64,000 nucleotides of DNA, from the IMG/VR virus record IMGVR_UViG_3300044477_000030, positions 1 to 64,000 of that record; one strand, given 5' to 3'. This stretch comes from a virus (Duplodnaviria > Caudoviricetes). Shown in pieces: positions 37,044 through 46,463 of this stretch. The notes beneath the pieces are model-generated. The model was given only the letters and a program-made list of their open reading frames with translations. It was not told the DNA's origin and made no database searches. Made by a program: the position numbers and the translations under genes. The first letter of the stretch is position 1, and the number at the start of each line of letters is the position of its first letter.

Positions 37044-38336
37044 TTATTTCTGATATGCGGTTTCGATGTCCGAGTCCTGCTTGGCCTGGGCATCTTTGGA
37101 AGTTACGGGTTTCTTGGACTTGTCTGCACCCTCACGCATTTCGTCGGCGTTGGCCTGGTCTTGAGCGATTGCGCCTTCGAGCATAGAGATAGCCAAGTCG
37201 TAAGCAGCAGTGATGTAGGCATCGGACTTGTCTGTCAAGTCAGCCTTGGGGTTGACCTTCAGGATCACAGCCTTGCGGATACCGGCGGTATCTTCGTCAC
37301 CCTTGAGTTCCACCTTCAGGGCGGAAACCTTGGAAACGAGAGCGAGGTGATCCTTCACAGCCTGCTTGATGTCAGCAGGGGCAGCATCGGCTTTTGCCTT
37401 CAGTGCCTTCACTTCGCCATCAAGAGCTTCCTTCGCGCCCTTGAGGGTGTCGCGTTCGGCTGTGACTGCTGTGATAGAGTCCTGCGCAGTCTTCAAGTCG
37501 CCTTGAGCCTTGGCAAGATCAGCACTGGAGGAGTCGGCTTTTGCTTGAAGTGCAACAAAAGCATCAACGACGGCCTGTTCGACCTCGAATTCTGCCTTGT
37601 CCAGTTTGAGCTTAACCATAGTCTTCTCCTTAGAAGATTTGAAAATGCCAACATCATCCAGTCCGTCGAGGCGCATAACTGCGTCATCCCCCGCACGGCC
37701 ACGGTCAACGATGGCCAAGTGATTGTAACGAATGTTTCTCTGGATACCGTCGTAGGCTTGGCCATTATGACGGCCAGAAACCGGCTCAAGGTCACGGCTA
37801 TAACCGCAGGAAAGAGCACGGGTTCCGTTTTTAATAGCTGTGATTGTGGCCTTATCTGTAACAACAAAGTCGATGTAAACCCTGTCTTGATCACAGAAAA
37901 CATGGGAGCCGGTCATGCCGACTTCGAGTTTCTTGATGTTTTCCGCATCCACGCCCACGCTTGGGTGGCCGAAAGTAACGGGCTTCAGGGTGAGTGTCTG
38001 CAAGGACTCCCAATCCATCACATCCTCGCGCAAACGCAATTCGGTGACGATGGTTCCGTCCGCCATGCGATATGGGAAAGCACCAATGTTGGTGACGCAG
38101 GCAGTACCCTTCAAATAGCCCTCGGGTGTCTCTTCAAACTTTGTGGAAAGATATTCCCAATCCAAATCATGAATATCTAAACGATTGGCGGAATCCATCT
38201 TCTTTTTCTTTCCGCACTCGTCCTTCTTTACCTTCTTCTTGCAACCGTCGCACATTGCATCTTCTTCCCCTTCAGGAAAAGAGACAACAACCCCGCAATT
38301 CGGGCAAGTGTATTCGGTGTCTTTCTTCTTGTTCAT
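37044..38336 (-). CDS. Prohead protease/scaffold (DUF2213-like)
   Basis: TPEGYL, LSCGY, QRNIRYNHLAIVDRGRAG; coiled-coil scaffold C-terminus; N-terminal CPNC..CDGC. Confidence 0.9.
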   Translation of the reverse strand: MNKKKDTEYTCPNCGVVVSFPEGEEDAMCDGCKKKVKKDECGKKKKMDSANRLDIHDLDWEYLSTKFEETPEGYLKGTACVTNIGAFPYRMADGTIVTELRLREDVMDWESLQTLTLKPVTFGHPSVGVDAENIKKLEVGMTGSHVFCDQDRVYIDFVVTDKATITAIKNGTRALSCGYSRDLEPVSGRHNGQAYDGIQRNIRYNHLAIVDRGRAGDDAVMRLDGLDDVGIFKSSKEKTMVKLKLDKAEFEVEQAVVDAFVALQAKADSSSADLAKAQGDLKTAQDSITAVTAERDTLKGAKEALDGEVKALKAKADAAPADIKQAVKDHLALVSKVSALKVELKGDEDTAGIRKAVILKVNPKADLTDKSDAYITAAYDLAISMLEGAIAQDQANADEMREGADKSKKPVTSKDAQAKQDSDIETAYQK

Positions 38337-38424
38337 AGATTCTCAAAAAAAAGGTACAAGGGACGTCCCTATACCGTATAATAAAAAAAACTACTCCAAA
38401 TCAGCATAAATTTTTTAAAGAATC

Positions 38425-38907
38425 TCAATTTTCCCCATCTTCGGGGTCTCCGAGAGGCATCGAATAGGCATCCATGGCCAGATGGATCGCAACCTGGCAA
38501 GCCCCAAGAGCTTCGGTTTCGGAGCCAACAAGTCCATAAACCATGCGCTCCTTTCCGTTCGGAACCACATAAACGATGCCAACGAGCACAGTGGAGAAAC
38601 CTAGATCTGTCACTGTCTTCTCGGCGAGTTTGTTCAATGTGCCGAACCACTCCTCGTCCTCTCCGGTCGGATAGTGGTCGGCATCGGAACTTACCAACGC
38701 CTTTTGGATCTTCTTGTAAAGACCGAGAGATCCCATGACACTTCCAGCGGAAGCCATTGGGACATCCTGTGCGTTGCTATCAGGATCTTGATCCACGCAG
38801 AGGACAACCGAACTGATCACATCGTTGTCCTGTTCGACTATCTTGTCGGCAACAGCGAAGATATAATCTTCCTGCTTCTTGAACTTTTCCATTTCATTCT
38901 CATTCAT
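38425..38907 (-). CDS. Hypothetical protein
   Basis: 160 aa acidic ORF with GGAGAG RBS. Confidence 0.65.
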   Translation of the reverse strand: MNENEMEKFKKQEDYIFAVADKIVEQDNDVISSVVLCVDQDPDSNAQDVPMASAGSVMGSLGLYKKIQKALVSSDADHYPTGEDEEWFGTLNKLAEKTVTDLGFSTVLVGIVYVVPNGKERMVYGLVGSETEALGACQVAIHLAMDAYSMPLGDPEDGEN

Positions 38908-38932
38908 GCGCTCTCCTTGGTTGTGGTTGCGC

Positions 38933-39880
38933 TTACTTCACTGGAACACTTTCTAACGCTCTCCAAATATCGTCGATATTCGGAATTGCTGCGCACCGGC
39001 AGGCAATCTCCTGGCCCGGATGCACTTTTGGCATATTCTCGTCTCTATCCACTAATACCCCATCTCTCATCATCTTGGTTGGATCATCCCATGGACAGAT
39101 CACACCCTGCATGGCCCAATGGGAAGGTTTTGCTCTTGGGTACTTTCCACCGGGTTTCCCGCGAACTTTTTCGTCTAGCGCGGTGCTCCAATCATAGAAA
39201 AGGATACCGGCATCTATCTGACGGGACTTCGTGAATGCGGAATTGAGTTTGGTTATCTGGTCTCTGGCAATCAGCCATGCCCGATATTCAGTCATGTGTG
39301 GGATCTTCAGAAGGATCTCGTCCATCGCATCCTCTGCCCTGAATCCATTCTGCACAGCATTCTCGATGATGCGCCCCACCATCGCAATCTGGTCTTCCCC
39401 CAACTTCTTTATCAAAGTCAGTTGTGTGGTTCTCCATTCCTCCAGGATCGCTTGAGCCCATGGTTCATCTCCCTGGAACAACTGTCCCACCGCGACTTCG
39501 CTGAATTTCTTCCACTGCGAAAGATTGAAGTCGGAAATCTCATTTCCAAAATAAATGAGAGTCGCAACCGTAGCCTCCATTCCCAATTCCGCAGCTTGTT
39601 GTTGCTGGCTGTAAAGCTCTGCGGAAAGATTTGGCCAATCGTTCTCATAGGAATCTTTCTTGGCCTGGGGAGGGAAGATGAAGCGCAAATTCTTTTTAAT
39701 GGCATCCTTCATGGACGGCATGAGCTTGTTGAAATAAGCCATGAGCCAGTTGCCATAATCGGATTCGCCGCCCAAAGGATAAAGCCAAGCCATACCCTTG
39801 AAGGACGGCTTGACAGGCTTGCGCCTCTCGCGGACGGCTTCCCTGTATCGGGAGGCCATCAGTTGAGTGAAGGCTGTCAT
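38933..39880 (-). CDS. Minor head morphogenesis protein (Mu gpF/SPP1 gp7-like)
   Basis: RAWLIARDQITKLN, WSTALDEKVR, HPGQEIACRCAA. Confidence 0.9.
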   Translation of the reverse strand: MTAFTQLMASRYREAVRERRKPVKPSFKGMAWLYPLGGESDYGNWLMAYFNKLMPSMKDAIKKNLRFIFPPQAKKDSYENDWPNLSAELYSQQQQAAELGMEATVATLIYFGNEISDFNLSQWKKFSEVAVGQLFQGDEPWAQAILEEWRTTQLTLIKKLGEDQIAMVGRIIENAVQNGFRAEDAMDEILLKIPHMTEYRAWLIARDQITKLNSAFTKSRQIDAGILFYDWSTALDEKVRGKPGGKYPRAKPSHWAMQGVICPWDDPTKMMRDGVLVDRDENMPKVHPGQEIACRCAAIPNIDDIWRALESVPVK

Positions 39881-41325
39881 CTCTTACGAACCTGGTTGGC
39901 CAGTGGTGCCACTTTCGCCTTTGGCTTGCTTCTGTTCCGTCCTCCGATCGCCGAAGGAGGAGTCATGGAGCCACCTGGAGGTTCAGGAATTCCTGGAGCA
40001 GAACCTTCTTCGGTACTCTCCAAGGATTGCTCGAAGGCATAACCACCAGAGAAGCGCATCTTGCGAACTTCGTCTGCGGAAATAACACCGGCTTGCAGAT
40101 AAATCTGGTCTGCTGCGGCCTGGCGTGCCACCATCTCGACTTGCTGGAGGGAATTCGGAGCCCAGACTGGCAAGAACTCAACTGTGCAATCTTCTTCGGC
40201 CACAGGAGATCCAAGACCGGAGTTGATCAAGTTCATGAGTGTGGAGAGTGGCCCCATCAACTCTGTTTCTTGTTGCGATTCCACTCCATCGTAGTAGTTC
40301 ATCGAATCGCTCTCGCCTGTGGCGTTGGCGCCAGCAGCAGAACGGCCAAACAGACGGGTCACAGGAATCGCGGTGACGCCAGACAGAACCATGAACAGGC
40401 GGTCGATCATTTCAGGAAGGCCGGTGAAATTCAAGGTGTCGCGAATATATTCGTCTTCCTTTCCGATCAAGATCGCATTAAGAATTCCCTTGGATGCCTG
40501 CATGGTGGTGATGCGGGTCATGATCGCATCGACATCATTGGCGTGCAGGATTTCTTCAAGACCGGCCAATTTGTATTTGCCAACGGAAAATTCGGAGGCC
40601 AGTGTGCCTGCGGTAGAAAGACAGATTCCAAGAGAAGAAAGAGTGTCCCAAATTGGCTGAAGCACAGAGATTCCCCAGAAATCATCATCGGTATTAGCGA
40701 TGCGCAAGTTGGTTTCTGGATTTGGCAGTCCACGAAAGATGAGGCAACGGGAAGCATGGATCTTGAATGATCCTCCATACTTCTTGTTGATGGTGAAGTA
40801 TTCATAGGTATCGTAGAAATCGCTTGTGACCGATTTTCCAAATGCCATATCATCCAAAGTCACACGATAGCGCGGATAGATACGGAGCTTCTTGATTTTC
40901 ACTGGCTTTCCCTTGTAAGGAACCAATGGGGAAGAAAGAGAGCCACCACCCTCGGTCTCCATCACAACCATTGAACCGCCAAATAGGCGAGCCCATATGA
41001 TCGCATCGCGCAGGATCTTCTTGACGCTCAACTTCTGCTGTTCCTTGTAGAGAACGCCATCGTTGTCACCAAGGATTTCCCAACCATTGCGAACCATGTC
41101 GTCCGCGACGACATTCACAATGCGAGAAGCAAGACCGTCGCCTGTGTACAACGCCACGAGTTCCGCTTCGGATAGAATCCTTGGAAGCGCAACACCATTC
41201 GACTTCTGCGGGTCGATTCCCTTGCGCCCAACTCCTTTTAGAATATTGGTGAAGCCATCGGCAATCATCTTGTTCTTTGTTCCTGGCGCACTCGCTTGAT
41301 CTTTGACCATATTCTTGTGTTTCAT
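39877..41325 (-). CDS. Portal protein (DUF1073-like)
   Basis: LASRIVNVVADDM.R, ARLFGG, IPVTRLFGRS..G.NATGESD..NYYD; Pro-rich tail. Confidence 0.92.
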   Translation of the reverse strand: MKHKNMVKDQASAPGTKNKMIADGFTNILKGVGRKGIDPQKSNGVALPRILSEAELVALYTGDGLASRIVNVVADDMVRNGWEILGDNDGVLYKEQQKLSVKKILRDAIIWARLFGGSMVVMETEGGGSLSSPLVPYKGKPVKIKKLRIYPRYRVTLDDMAFGKSVTSDFYDTYEYFTINKKYGGSFKIHASRCLIFRGLPNPETNLRIANTDDDFWGISVLQPIWDTLSSLGICLSTAGTLASEFSVGKYKLAGLEEILHANDVDAIMTRITTMQASKGILNAILIGKEDEYIRDTLNFTGLPEMIDRLFMVLSGVTAIPVTRLFGRSAAGANATGESDSMNYYDGVESQQETELMGPLSTLMNLINSGLGSPVAEEDCTVEFLPVWAPNSLQQVEMVARQAAADQIYLQAGVISADEVRKMRFSGGYAFEQSLESTEEGSAPGIPEPPGGSMTPPSAIGGRNRSKPKAKVAPLANQVRKR

Positions 41326-42653
41326 TAAAGCTCCCATAAAATTCTGTTCCCACGATTGCTAGGATCGTTGGGAAAAAATTCCTGACGAAGTATGGAAGAA
41401 AGGGAGTCGGGCGCATCGTCCGGTTCCTCTCCTTCACGATAGTCCAATATCTGATTCAAATATTCTGGATCTGTGTTGTTGTCGAACAAGAGCCGATCCC
41501 AATAATGGCGTCCATAAGAAACAATCTTGATATGCTTGTCCATCTTTTCCTGATAGGAACAAACACGGGCCGGTTTGATTTTGAGATTTGTAGGATCGTT
41601 CGACGCCAACTGTTTTGACACATAACCCTTATCTGGGTTGATTTCGTTGTGAACTCTGGTGCTTCTGTAATTGAGCATGATCTGCTTGATGCGTGGCATG
41701 ACAATATCGACGTGCTCCTTGAAGACCTTGCCGTACACCTGGATCTTCCCATCTTTTCTTTTCGAGGCGATGGTGAGTGCGTTGGTGTGGTCTCCAGAGA
41801 ACTTGGCATCGAGATGGGAAGCAACCCACACATAAGGAACTGTGTGATCCCATTCGGCAAACATAGGATCTGTGAAGATCGCGCCTTCGTCGCTCAAATG
41901 ATTAAGTTCGTAGTTAGCTGCGAAGAGGGATGCTGTCGTGAGTCCCTTGATGCCAGCCAATTCCGCTTCACTGATCAATCCTGTTTGATAACAGTCATAT
42001 CTCGTTGGCTTTGGACACAACTGCCATCCGTCATCCTTATGCCATGGAGTTCCGACGAAGTGTACGGATCTTCCACGGTTGACGATATTGGTGATGATTT
42101 CGCGGATCACATCCTTGGATCTCTCGCGCTTGGCTTTGGAGATACGATCGTTGTATGTGATCAAGTCATCAACCAGAATCGCGCTATAATGGGAACCGGT
42201 GGGAACCGAATCTCCACCGTATGCATCAATTGAACCTTCCTTGGTAATTGATCTCTTGAAACTGAAGGTGAGCTGACCTGTCTTCTTTACCACAAACTTA
42301 GGAGCCTCGCCCATCTGGATCTTAAACAGAGCAGCAATCTCTGGCACTTCCATGTACTTTTCAATCGCCTTCAATGTCTTGCAGGCCTCTGTCCACGTCT
42401 CACGGATCAACATCACAGAATCATCGGGATGAGTCAGGAGCCACCAAATAATTCCCACTTCCGTGACTGCGGTTGTCTTATAACCACCACGGTGCGCCTG
42501 GAGAGAAGTGTGTATCCCCTCTGGAGCACCCCAAACTTCCCAGCACCATTTCGAATGCATATCGGTGAGCAGAGTCTTCCCTGCTAGCCAACCGATCTTA
42601 TGGGGGTTGCGGATGCAATCCTCCAGCATCGAATGTGGATCAATTTTTGTCAT
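41325..42653 (-). CDS. terL: Terminase large subunit
   Basis: HRGGYKTT Walker A-like, ILVDD Walker B, VGTPWH, C-terminal DDAPD nuclease motif. Confidence 0.9.
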   Translation of the reverse strand: MTKIDPHSMLEDCIRNPHKIGWLAGKTLLTDMHSKWCWEVWGAPEGIHTSLQAHRGGYKTTAVTEVGIIWWLLTHPDDSVMLIRETWTEACKTLKAIEKYMEVPEIAALFKIQMGEAPKFVVKKTGQLTFSFKRSITKEGSIDAYGGDSVPTGSHYSAILVDDLITYNDRISKAKRERSKDVIREIITNIVNRGRSVHFVGTPWHKDDGWQLCPKPTRYDCYQTGLISEAELAGIKGLTTASLFAANYELNHLSDEGAIFTDPMFAEWDHTVPYVWVASHLDAKFSGDHTNALTIASKRKDGKIQVYGKVFKEHVDIVMPRIKQIMLNYRSTRVHNEINPDKGYVSKQLASNDPTNLKIKPARVCSYQEKMDKHIKIVSYGRHYWDRLLFDNNTDPEYLNQILDYREGEEPDDAPDSLSSILRQEFFPNDPSNRGNRILWEL

Positions 42654-43542
42654 TGGTCTCCCCGACCACTTCAGCCGGTTGCGCTTGTTTGATTTCCTTA
42701 TCCAACTTTCTCTGCGCATCCCGAAGAACACTTTCCAATTTGACAGCTATCCTTCCAACTTCTTTACCGATTTCGTCAGTGGCGCCTCCATTCTCTGCTG
42801 CTTTGGCGTCCTTCTCAATCTTGATGGCTTCGGAAACAACTTTGAGGAATGCGGTCAATTCCTTGATCGCCGGTCTGCGGTCTGCAAGTTCAATTTCAAT
42901 AACTTCCCTGTCTGCATCCTTGCCGTAAACTTTTGTCTTGATGGACAGGATGGCGGAACGGAGATTGGGAGGGACATCATCCCATGTCGTAAATACAGGA
43001 GAACCGTCAGGGTTGATGAATGTCGCAGGATCATAGAAGGCTTGAGCCCAGAAGGTATCCATGATCTTATTGCGGACTTCAAGCAGACGCCCACCGATGA
43101 ACATGGTGGAATATTCCGTTATGCACTTGGCCACACCCTCGCGAGAGAGCATCCTGGCGCCGAGTTGCATAGCCGTGGATTTCTTCACACAGGAATTTAC
43201 TGCCGTAAGATATGCACTGGTGGCGTCGAACCCGTTCGCACAATATTCCGCCGCGAATCTGGCCTCCTGGATGGAAGCCCCGGTGGATTTCCAATCTGGA
43301 ATGATAGCCTTGATCTCTTCCGGCGTCATCTTCTCTTTGGCATGGCCGTCGGCAATCGCATCGGTCGGAGGCACGGTGGCAGGAACCGAGGCATCCGCCT
43401 GGGCAGCCAACTTTACCCTTGCCTCTTCTTCTGTGATGGGGGTCTGTCCCTTTTCATGCTTGGATCGCCACACCATTGCCTTCGCCTCGTCGTAGAGAGG
43501 GGAGGTTTTGTCGATATATTTTGGTTTGTAGATTTGTGGCAT
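42640..43542 (-). CDS. terS: Terminase small subunit
   Basis: RFAAEY..NGFDATSAY...A.RML HTH, AFYDP, IELADR..A; directly upstream of terL. Confidence 0.8.
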   Translation of the reverse strand: MPQIYKPKYIDKTSPLYDEAKAMVWRSKHEKGQTPITEEEARVKLAAQADASVPATVPPTDAIADGHAKEKMTPEEIKAIIPDWKSTGASIQEARFAAEYCANGFDATSAYLTAVNSCVKKSTAMQLGARMLSREGVAKCITEYSTMFIGGRLLEVRNKIMDTFWAQAFYDPATFINPDGSPVFTTWDDVPPNLRSAILSIKTKVYGKDADREVIEIELADRRPAIKELTAFLKVVSEAIKIEKDAKAAENGGATDEIGKEVGRIAVKLESVLRDAQRKLDKEIKQAQPAEVVGETNDKN

Positions 43543-43678
43543 TTTGAGATTCCTATATGGAATAATACAAAAAATTGAGCTAAACCATCTCAAATTTCTT
43601 CACCCATCCACCCTATTCCACCCTGTAACGTCGAAAGTGCGCAAATTTTTGTATAATGGTAGAAGAAAAGGAGTGTGT

Positions 43679-44161
43679 GTGGAATTCGAAAAGAACCAGA
43701 TTGTCGTCGCCAAGGAGACCGTCGAGGAACTTGGACTCTATGTTGGTCACGAGTACATGATTGATGATGTCTTTGGAGATATGTATCTTTTATCTCCAAA
43801 TGGACAGAATTATGCATTCTCTCCTTCCGCTTGGGCTAGTGCATCTCAACTCCGCGCTCTCGGTGAACCAGAATCCAAAGAAAATATCTATTGCGAATGC
43901 GATGTGTGTTCCGAAGATCACATCCACCGGGAAGGAAAAGAAGATCCTGAATTACAACCTGTTGCCAAGAAAAAGCCTTCATGTGAAGAAGTATTCAAAT
44001 TGCTGGACGAATGGAACCGCAAGATGGAATTGGACATCTTTGTCTTAGAAGACACTCTCGCACAGCAGGAAGAGACCAAAACTCTAACCGATGCAATTTA
44101 CTATACTTATTGGTTCTCCATTGCTGTCTCTCTGTTCATCTTCGCGGGGATAATGCTATGA
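43679..44161 (+). CDS. Hypothetical protein with C-terminal TM helix
   Basis: Promoter motif 43648-43657, AAGGAG RBS, GTG start. Confidence 0.65.
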   Translation: MEFEKNQIVVAKETVEELGLYVGHEYMIDDVFGDMYLLSPNGQNYAFSPSAWASASQLRALGEPESKENIYCECDVCSEDHIHREGKEDPELQPVAKKKPSCEEVFKLLDEWNRKMELDIFVLEDTLAQQEETKTLTDAIYYTYWFSIAVSLFIFAGIML

Positions 44162-44457
44162 TCACCCAGCTAGGAACTCCGGTCGTCTGCATTTCCCCAA
44201 ATCTGCATTGCCGATGCAATTCTCCAGAAAAGCTCATATATCCCGGAGTCGGTCAGATTCTCCGAATTTCTGCAATTCGACGTCTTCCAGATCGCGGACG
44301 CACCGAAATGTTCTTCTCGTTCTTCGGGATGCCGGATGGTCTGTTTTTTCAATCGAACGGTTTCCGAGCAGCAAAGGTCGAGGATCTGAAATTCGAGGAC
44401 TATATGACTCATCTCATGGCCGGTTGGATCTATGGTGACAACGAGGCCAGTGTATGA
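44158..44457 (+). CDS. Hypothetical protein
   Basis: ATGA overlaps on both sides. Confidence 0.6.
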   Translation: MITQLGTPVVCISPNLHCRCNSPEKLIYPGVGQILRISAIRRLPDRGRTEMFFSFFGMPDGLFFQSNGFRAAKVEDLKFEDYMTHLMAGWIYGDNEASV

Positions 44458-44603
44458 AGGTTCTCGCAATCGGAATGCTTGTTTATAGTTTCGCGCTGAT
44501 GGGACTTATGGCCATCCGTCAAGCAATTAAGACGTCTGAATTCATGCAACGGAATCACTACTCGATGCAATATTACATCAATTCTGTAAAGGAATGGCCA
44601 TGA
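44454..44603 (+). CDS. Small membrane protein (49 aa)
   Basis: GAGG RBS; hydrophobic N-terminus; ATGA overlaps. Confidence 0.45.
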   Translation: MKVLAIGMLVYSFALMGLMAIRQAIKTSEFMQRNHYSMQYYINSVKEWP

Positions 44604-44696
44604 TAGATCCCAAGAAGAAAATCATCAAGGACGATATCTCCAAAGAAAAAGATCCTCCGAAGAAAGATCCTCCGAAGAACCAGCACGGGACGAGGC

Positions 44697-45155
44697 ATGG
44701 ATAAGAAAATCCTGCTATTTTCCGTGGATGTGTGGAACAGAGATAGTTCCGATGTTGTCTGTGGGAAATTTATAAATGCTCTAACCAGCAAGTTCAATTT
44801 CAATTGTCAACAATCGCCTATCGACAAAGCCGGTCTTTACCACCCAATATTCGGAGATAGAATATCTTTCTATCTCACGGAAAAAGAAATTTCACGAGAA
44901 CCAGAAACATCAATCAAGGAAAAAGCAATGAAAGCACTCACATGGCTCCTCAATCTCATCAAGCCCGCCAAGAAGGGCAAGAAGAAAAAGACATCCGAGA
45001 CTCGGGCTCGCAAGCCAAAGAAGAAAAAGATCCTCTATACCGGCATCCAGAACGGGGATCCACAGATCGCTCCTATTTCCCGCACACCGCAAGATGACGG
45101 GAGAGTGATTGTGACCGACGACGCCATAACCGATCTTCCATTTGGTCGCACATGA
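44697..45155 (+). CDS. Hypothetical protein
   Basis: GAGG RBS; Lys-rich C-half. Confidence 0.6.
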   Translation: MDKKILLFSVDVWNRDSSDVVCGKFINALTSKFNFNCQQSPIDKAGLYHPIFGDRISFYLTEKEISREPETSIKEKAMKALTWLLNLIKPAKKGKKKKTSETRARKPKKKKILYTGIQNGDPQIAPISRTPQDDGRVIVTDDAITDLPFGRT

Positions 45156-45406
45156 ACAAGGTCTTCATGTGGCTCCGTGTCACAAACCCCAGGGATTGCG
45201 GAGAGCTGGTCTTCATTGGAAACCTTCCATTCGATGCCATCATGCAATTCGTGAGCGAGCACCGTGAAGGCAAGTCTCCAAGCGAGATCGACGAGGTGAT
45301 CGCCGCGATGGTGGCTGTACCGGCCATCGGTCTCATTGCGGCAGACCAGGCGACAGGTGGAATCGTTGGCGACGCCATCGGCACGTTCCTGGACATTTTC
45401 TTCTAA
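45152..45406 (+). CDS. Hypothetical protein
   Basis: ATGA overlap; 84 aa. Confidence 0.6.
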   Translation: MNKVFMWLRVTNPRDCGELVFIGNLPFDAIMQFVSEHREGKSPSEIDEVIAAMVAVPAIGLIAADQATGGIVGDAIGTFLDIFF

Positions 45407-45429
45407 TCCATCAACCAAAGAAAAGCTCA

Positions 45430-46407
45430 ATGTTCAAGAAACCAAAACAAGTTGCAGTAAAGCCAAAATTGTCCGATTTACCCGATTGGGTGAACCGTTT
45501 CGACAATTTCTTCATCACCGGCTCCGTCCGTTTCGGTTGCGAGACCGACGAAAGCGATCTGGATGTCGTTCTTCCGATCTGGGAAAGAGAAGACGTGCTC
45601 AAGAGCATAACCCGAAAAGACGACATGGAGGAATCCAAGTACAACGTCGGGGTGAAGATCACAAACGAACGTGGTGCAAAAATCAACTTCGTCTTCCTGC
45701 ATCCCCTGGACTACGTTTCCTGGAACAAGGCCGCAGAGATGATCGACCTCTCCAATCTGTTCCGAAACAACCAGACTATCTGCCGCCCACTCCGCCATTC
45801 CATCCACGAAGCTCTCTGCGCAGCAGTCAAGACTTCCTTCTCTGGCCACACCGTTCTCAAAGACAACATGACCGAGTTCCTGACCAACGGGCCAAAAGAA
45901 GAGAAGTCATCGACCATCATCAGCATCGAACCACCAACGAATGGGCAAGACAACGATAATGCCTTTTGGGGGGGACGTGAAGTCCTCTCTGCGGAACTAG
46001 GAACAAACATGGAATCGGCATCAGATACACAAATGGCCTTTTACTATTTTCGTTCAAGACTCGCGGCAGAGACCTTTGCCGTGATTCTCGAACAAATGAA
46101 AGTCTTCGGTCTCGCGAGGGACTATCTGGTCGAAACGCACCCAGACGGTGGAGATCAGGTTTTAAAGTTCACAGTTTGGTACAATACCCTCCAGACCACA
46201 GAGAAGAAAGAGAAAAGAGTATTTGGCGGCCACACAGGTATCTCGGTTATGGATCTTGCCGCCTCCGGTGAACTCCGTGTCAAACTGCGGCATTTGATTG
46301 AATTTGGCCGCATTAAGGAGTTCGATCTGAAGTTCCCTATGCCGTGTTTTGCAGACAGCCAACGTGTCTCAGAACAGTCGAACGGGTACTACGAGATCTA
46401 TTACTAG
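45430..46407 (+). CDS. Pol-beta superfamily nucleotidyltransferase domain plus unknown C-terminal domain
   Basis: FITGSVRFG...ESDLDVVL is the GS-x-DxD signature. Confidence 0.7.
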   Translation: MFKKPKQVAVKPKLSDLPDWVNRFDNFFITGSVRFGCETDESDLDVVLPIWEREDVLKSITRKDDMEESKYNVGVKITNERGAKINFVFLHPLDYVSWNKAAEMIDLSNLFRNNQTICRPLRHSIHEALCAAVKTSFSGHTVLKDNMTEFLTNGPKEEKSSTIISIEPPTNGQDNDNAFWGGREVLSAELGTNMESASDTQMAFYYFRSRLAAETFAVILEQMKVFGLARDYLVETHPDGGDQVLKFTVWYNTLQTTEKKEKRVFGGHTGISVMDLAASGELRVKLRHLIEFGRIKEFDLKFPMPCFADSQRVSEQSNGYYEIYY

Positions 46408-46434
46408 AATCTATCAACATTTTTCCTCTCGCGC

Positions 46435-46463
46435 AGGGCCGGTAGAAATACCGGCTCTTTTTT
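46435..46463 (+). terminator. Rho-independent terminator
   Basis: AGGGCCGGTA-GAAA-TACCGGCTCT followed by a T run. Confidence 0.88.

Noticed and set aside
35514-38180. 888-aa + strand ORF (also 31711-33141, 42508-43578, 59543-60502, 12324-13293)
   Set aside because: Antisense shadows of well-supported genes, with no recognisable motifs or start signals.
10283-46407. Phage-borne CBASS (nucleotidyltransferase plus CapV-like patatin)
   Set aside because: The genes are 35 kb apart in different operons, the patatin is coupled to the endolysin, and the NTase shows only the minimal GS/DxD motif.
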